Made by a program: the position numbers and the translations under genes. Source: Tubulanus polymorphus (lineage: Eukaryota > Animalia > Nemertea). From it: DNA of 64,000 bases. Below the pieces are notes generated by a model. The model was given only the letters and a program-made list of their open reading frames with translations. It had not been told where the DNA came from and ran no database searches. The stretch is taken from assembly GCF_964204645.1 (NCBI RefSeq), contig NC_134033.1, forward strand, positions 516,131-580,130, in the 5' to 3' direction. Of the stretch, positions 61,325 to 64,000 are shown piece by piece. Every line of letters starts with the position of its first letter. Position 1 is the stretch's first letter.

Positions 61325-63484
61325 ATTGACAAGAGTTTGTCTGAAAATAAAGAAAAAATGAAATAAGACATCAAAACAAATGTCATCGCTTTACTTTCAG
61401 TTTTATACGCGTGATCGATCAGTTCCACAGTCGTGTTTTAAGAGTTTAAGAGATAACGCTTAGTTAAAATCAGTTTGCTTTCTACGAGTCAACTACATTA
61501 GAGCGTCATTCTAGTCTGAACTCTGTTCAAGTTTTTCACACGACCTCAACGAAAAGTCTGAAATTCTAATCAGAACTAAGTTGCAATTTCACACTTGACC
61601 TCACAACAAAATAAGTCTTGAGTCTGAATTTCAACTCACAATATCGTTGAACCTAATTCCTGGATCCAGTTCCACAGTTCTCAGTTAGAGAGTAAACTCT
61701 TGAGTTTGAATTAGTTAATTTTCAATGTGTTAACTCTGAGTCAAATCTATACTCACAACTGTGGAACCTGATTTCCAATATACTCACCGATATCTAAGAA
61801 TATCAATATTTCACGAGTGTGTACAATCGACGGTGGACCACCAAGGAATTGTGATTTGAGACCAGTCCGGAGATGGTATTTATAGTTGAATGGCTAGTCG
61901 ATAGAATAAACCTGCGACCGTAGCTGCGATAAGCTGTGTACATGATTTACACCGAGTACATTTATAATGTCGGTTGTAATTCATTTTCTAACGATAGAAA
62001 CTGCCAAAAAAGTCTTTGTTTCATAATATATATACTTCGCACAGTCGTGCAAACTTTTCGAAATTGCTACGATTTATGTTTTTCGCGAATTTATAGAAAT
62101 TCGATTCGAAAATCATAAACGTCTTTAAGTTTGAGTATTTTCAATTATTTTGATGTTTATATTAGTTCTTTCATCGTACAGTGAAATTTAAGACGTCCGT
62201 TGGTTCATAAAGGTACCTATATTGATATTCATCAGTGGTGGCTGCCTTGTGGCTATATTTGTTGCATTTTATTCAAGGTTCATTTAAATATTTATAAAGA
62301 TTTTTTTGTCTGGAATCAATTTTTTGGGGGATATTTCGCTAAATATTTTTGATACATATATTCATAAGACCTTAATCTTTTGAACACATATCTTAATCTG
62401 GTCTTAATACGACCAGTAAAACTGGTGCATTCTCGATCTAAACCTTATATCCATTTTACACTTTATCAAAGGATTGCTTAAAAGTCTTCTTTAATTCGAA
62501 TCAGAGAAAAGAGACTCCATTTTATGAACTAAATCAATTTTTTAACAATATGTGTCTACGTGCATTCCTACCATTTAAAAATCATCTTAAATCATGGCCC
62601 GTGTGCATGGAAACACGGGATACATATTGTTAGAATTTAGAAAATGGCTGATCTTTTCTCTTTCGAAGGCTTATTGGCAATGTTTCAATAAAATGAAAAA
62701 TGGATATAAAATCGATGGTTTATTGAGACTGCAAAGTTCCACTGGTCGTATTGGGACTAGATAGAGACATGTGTTGAAAAAATGAAGTGAAGTATCACAA
62801 ACAAAAATAAATGGACTTTACTATTGAAAATAAGATTTTTAAAGCTGCCTTGCGGCTATATTTATTTGAATACTATCGAGGTACGTTTATCCTTGAAATA
62901 AAGTTAAAAAAGTCTCACAGCTTTCATAGATAGATATTCATTTCTCGTAAACCGTTCATACAATATTGTATTTCATTTTGTCAAGGAACATATACATATA
63001 TAGATATCTTACTAGTCATAATACAAACAGACGTAGCTGCCTCGCGGTTATTTTTATTTCATTCTTATCGAGGGTCGTGTCTTAACGTATTTTGAATAGT
63101 AGTCGAAGTAAAAAAGGGGAATTCGAATTTTTTTTGTCGCCAAATAAACTACGCATTAAGAATATAAGCGGCGTATATCGCGTGAACATAACGAACTGAC
63201 AAGAACCATTTACACCTTGATCTATCTATTTTACAACAGATGATAGACGCAGCTTGCGCGTCACGTGATCTGCGTCGTCATTCGTCGCAGGCTGCGCCAC
63301 GTGTTGGTTATAATAAGCCTTGTTCGACTGGCGACGATGCGACTGAGCGGTTCCTGGATCCAGTTACACAGTTCTGGGCCCAGATTTAAAAAAAAAGGAT
63401 TAAGGCCTAAATCGATTTAAGATAAATTGAACTAACGAAGGAATTAAATCGATTTAAGAGTTAAACTTTTTTGTGAAACTGGGC

Positions 63485-63796
63485 CCTGAGTTAAGATTTG
63501 ACTTTAAGCTCTATAAAACTCTAACTCACAACTGTGGAACTGGGTCCTGGGTTAAGATTTGACTTTAAACTCTATAAAACTCTAACTCACAACTGTGGAA
63601 CTGGGTCCTGGGTTAAGATTTGACTTTAAACTCTATAAAACTCTAACTCACAACTGTGGAACTGGGTCCTGGGTTAAGATTTGACTTTAAACTCTATAAA
63701 ACTCTAACTCACAACTGTGGAACTGGGTCCTGGGTTAAGATTTGACTTTAAGCTCTATAAAACTCTAGCTCACAACTGTGGAACTGGGTCCTGGGT
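63485..63796. repeat. 61-bp tandem repeat x5
   Basis: ctgggttaagatttgactttaaactctataaaactctaactcacaactgtggaactgggtc units. Confidence 0.9.
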
Positions 63797-64000
63797 CACT
63801 CCTCTAGTTATACATGTAGAGACGAGTTATCAGGTTTACACAGATCGTTCATCCAAACGTTAAGTCTGGCTTCGATTAAGTACGCTTATTGTTCTCGTCG
63901 CGGGGTACATTATAGCCTGTTCCACAGTTATATACGAGTCAAAGTTTACTGTCATTTCTCAAATATATAGATTGAAAAATTTATCTTGGAATAATTACTT

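Overview
Eukaryotic (metazoan) genomic DNA with short GT-AG introns and many small repeats; gene content suggests a marine invertebrate, possibly a lophotrochozoan (inference). Genes from left to right: INTS4 (minus strand, runs off the left edge); a ~3.3-kb tandem duplication carrying a second INTS4 5' end and MFSD1 3' exons; an L2-type LINE remnant; a 4-exon gene for a 97-aa secreted 6-Cys protein that the ORF track misses; a decayed coding region; an RBMX/hnRNP-G-like RRM gene with a possible ~900-aa low-complexity N-terminal exon; a PAN/apple-domain gene; a CARD + coiled-coil gene; single-exon SMG9; an intronless class A peptide-type GPCR; an RTE-X-like LINE; and three secreted Gly/Tyr-rich silk-like structural protein genes. 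The most striking signal is a 69-bp satellite (14510-15200) whose unit folds as a minimal type I hammerhead ribozyme, with related copies elsewhere in the window. Second is a phase-compatible INTS4-MFSD1 chimeric ORF created by the duplication plus a splice-acceptor mutation. All exon boundaries were read by eye and no database searches were run.
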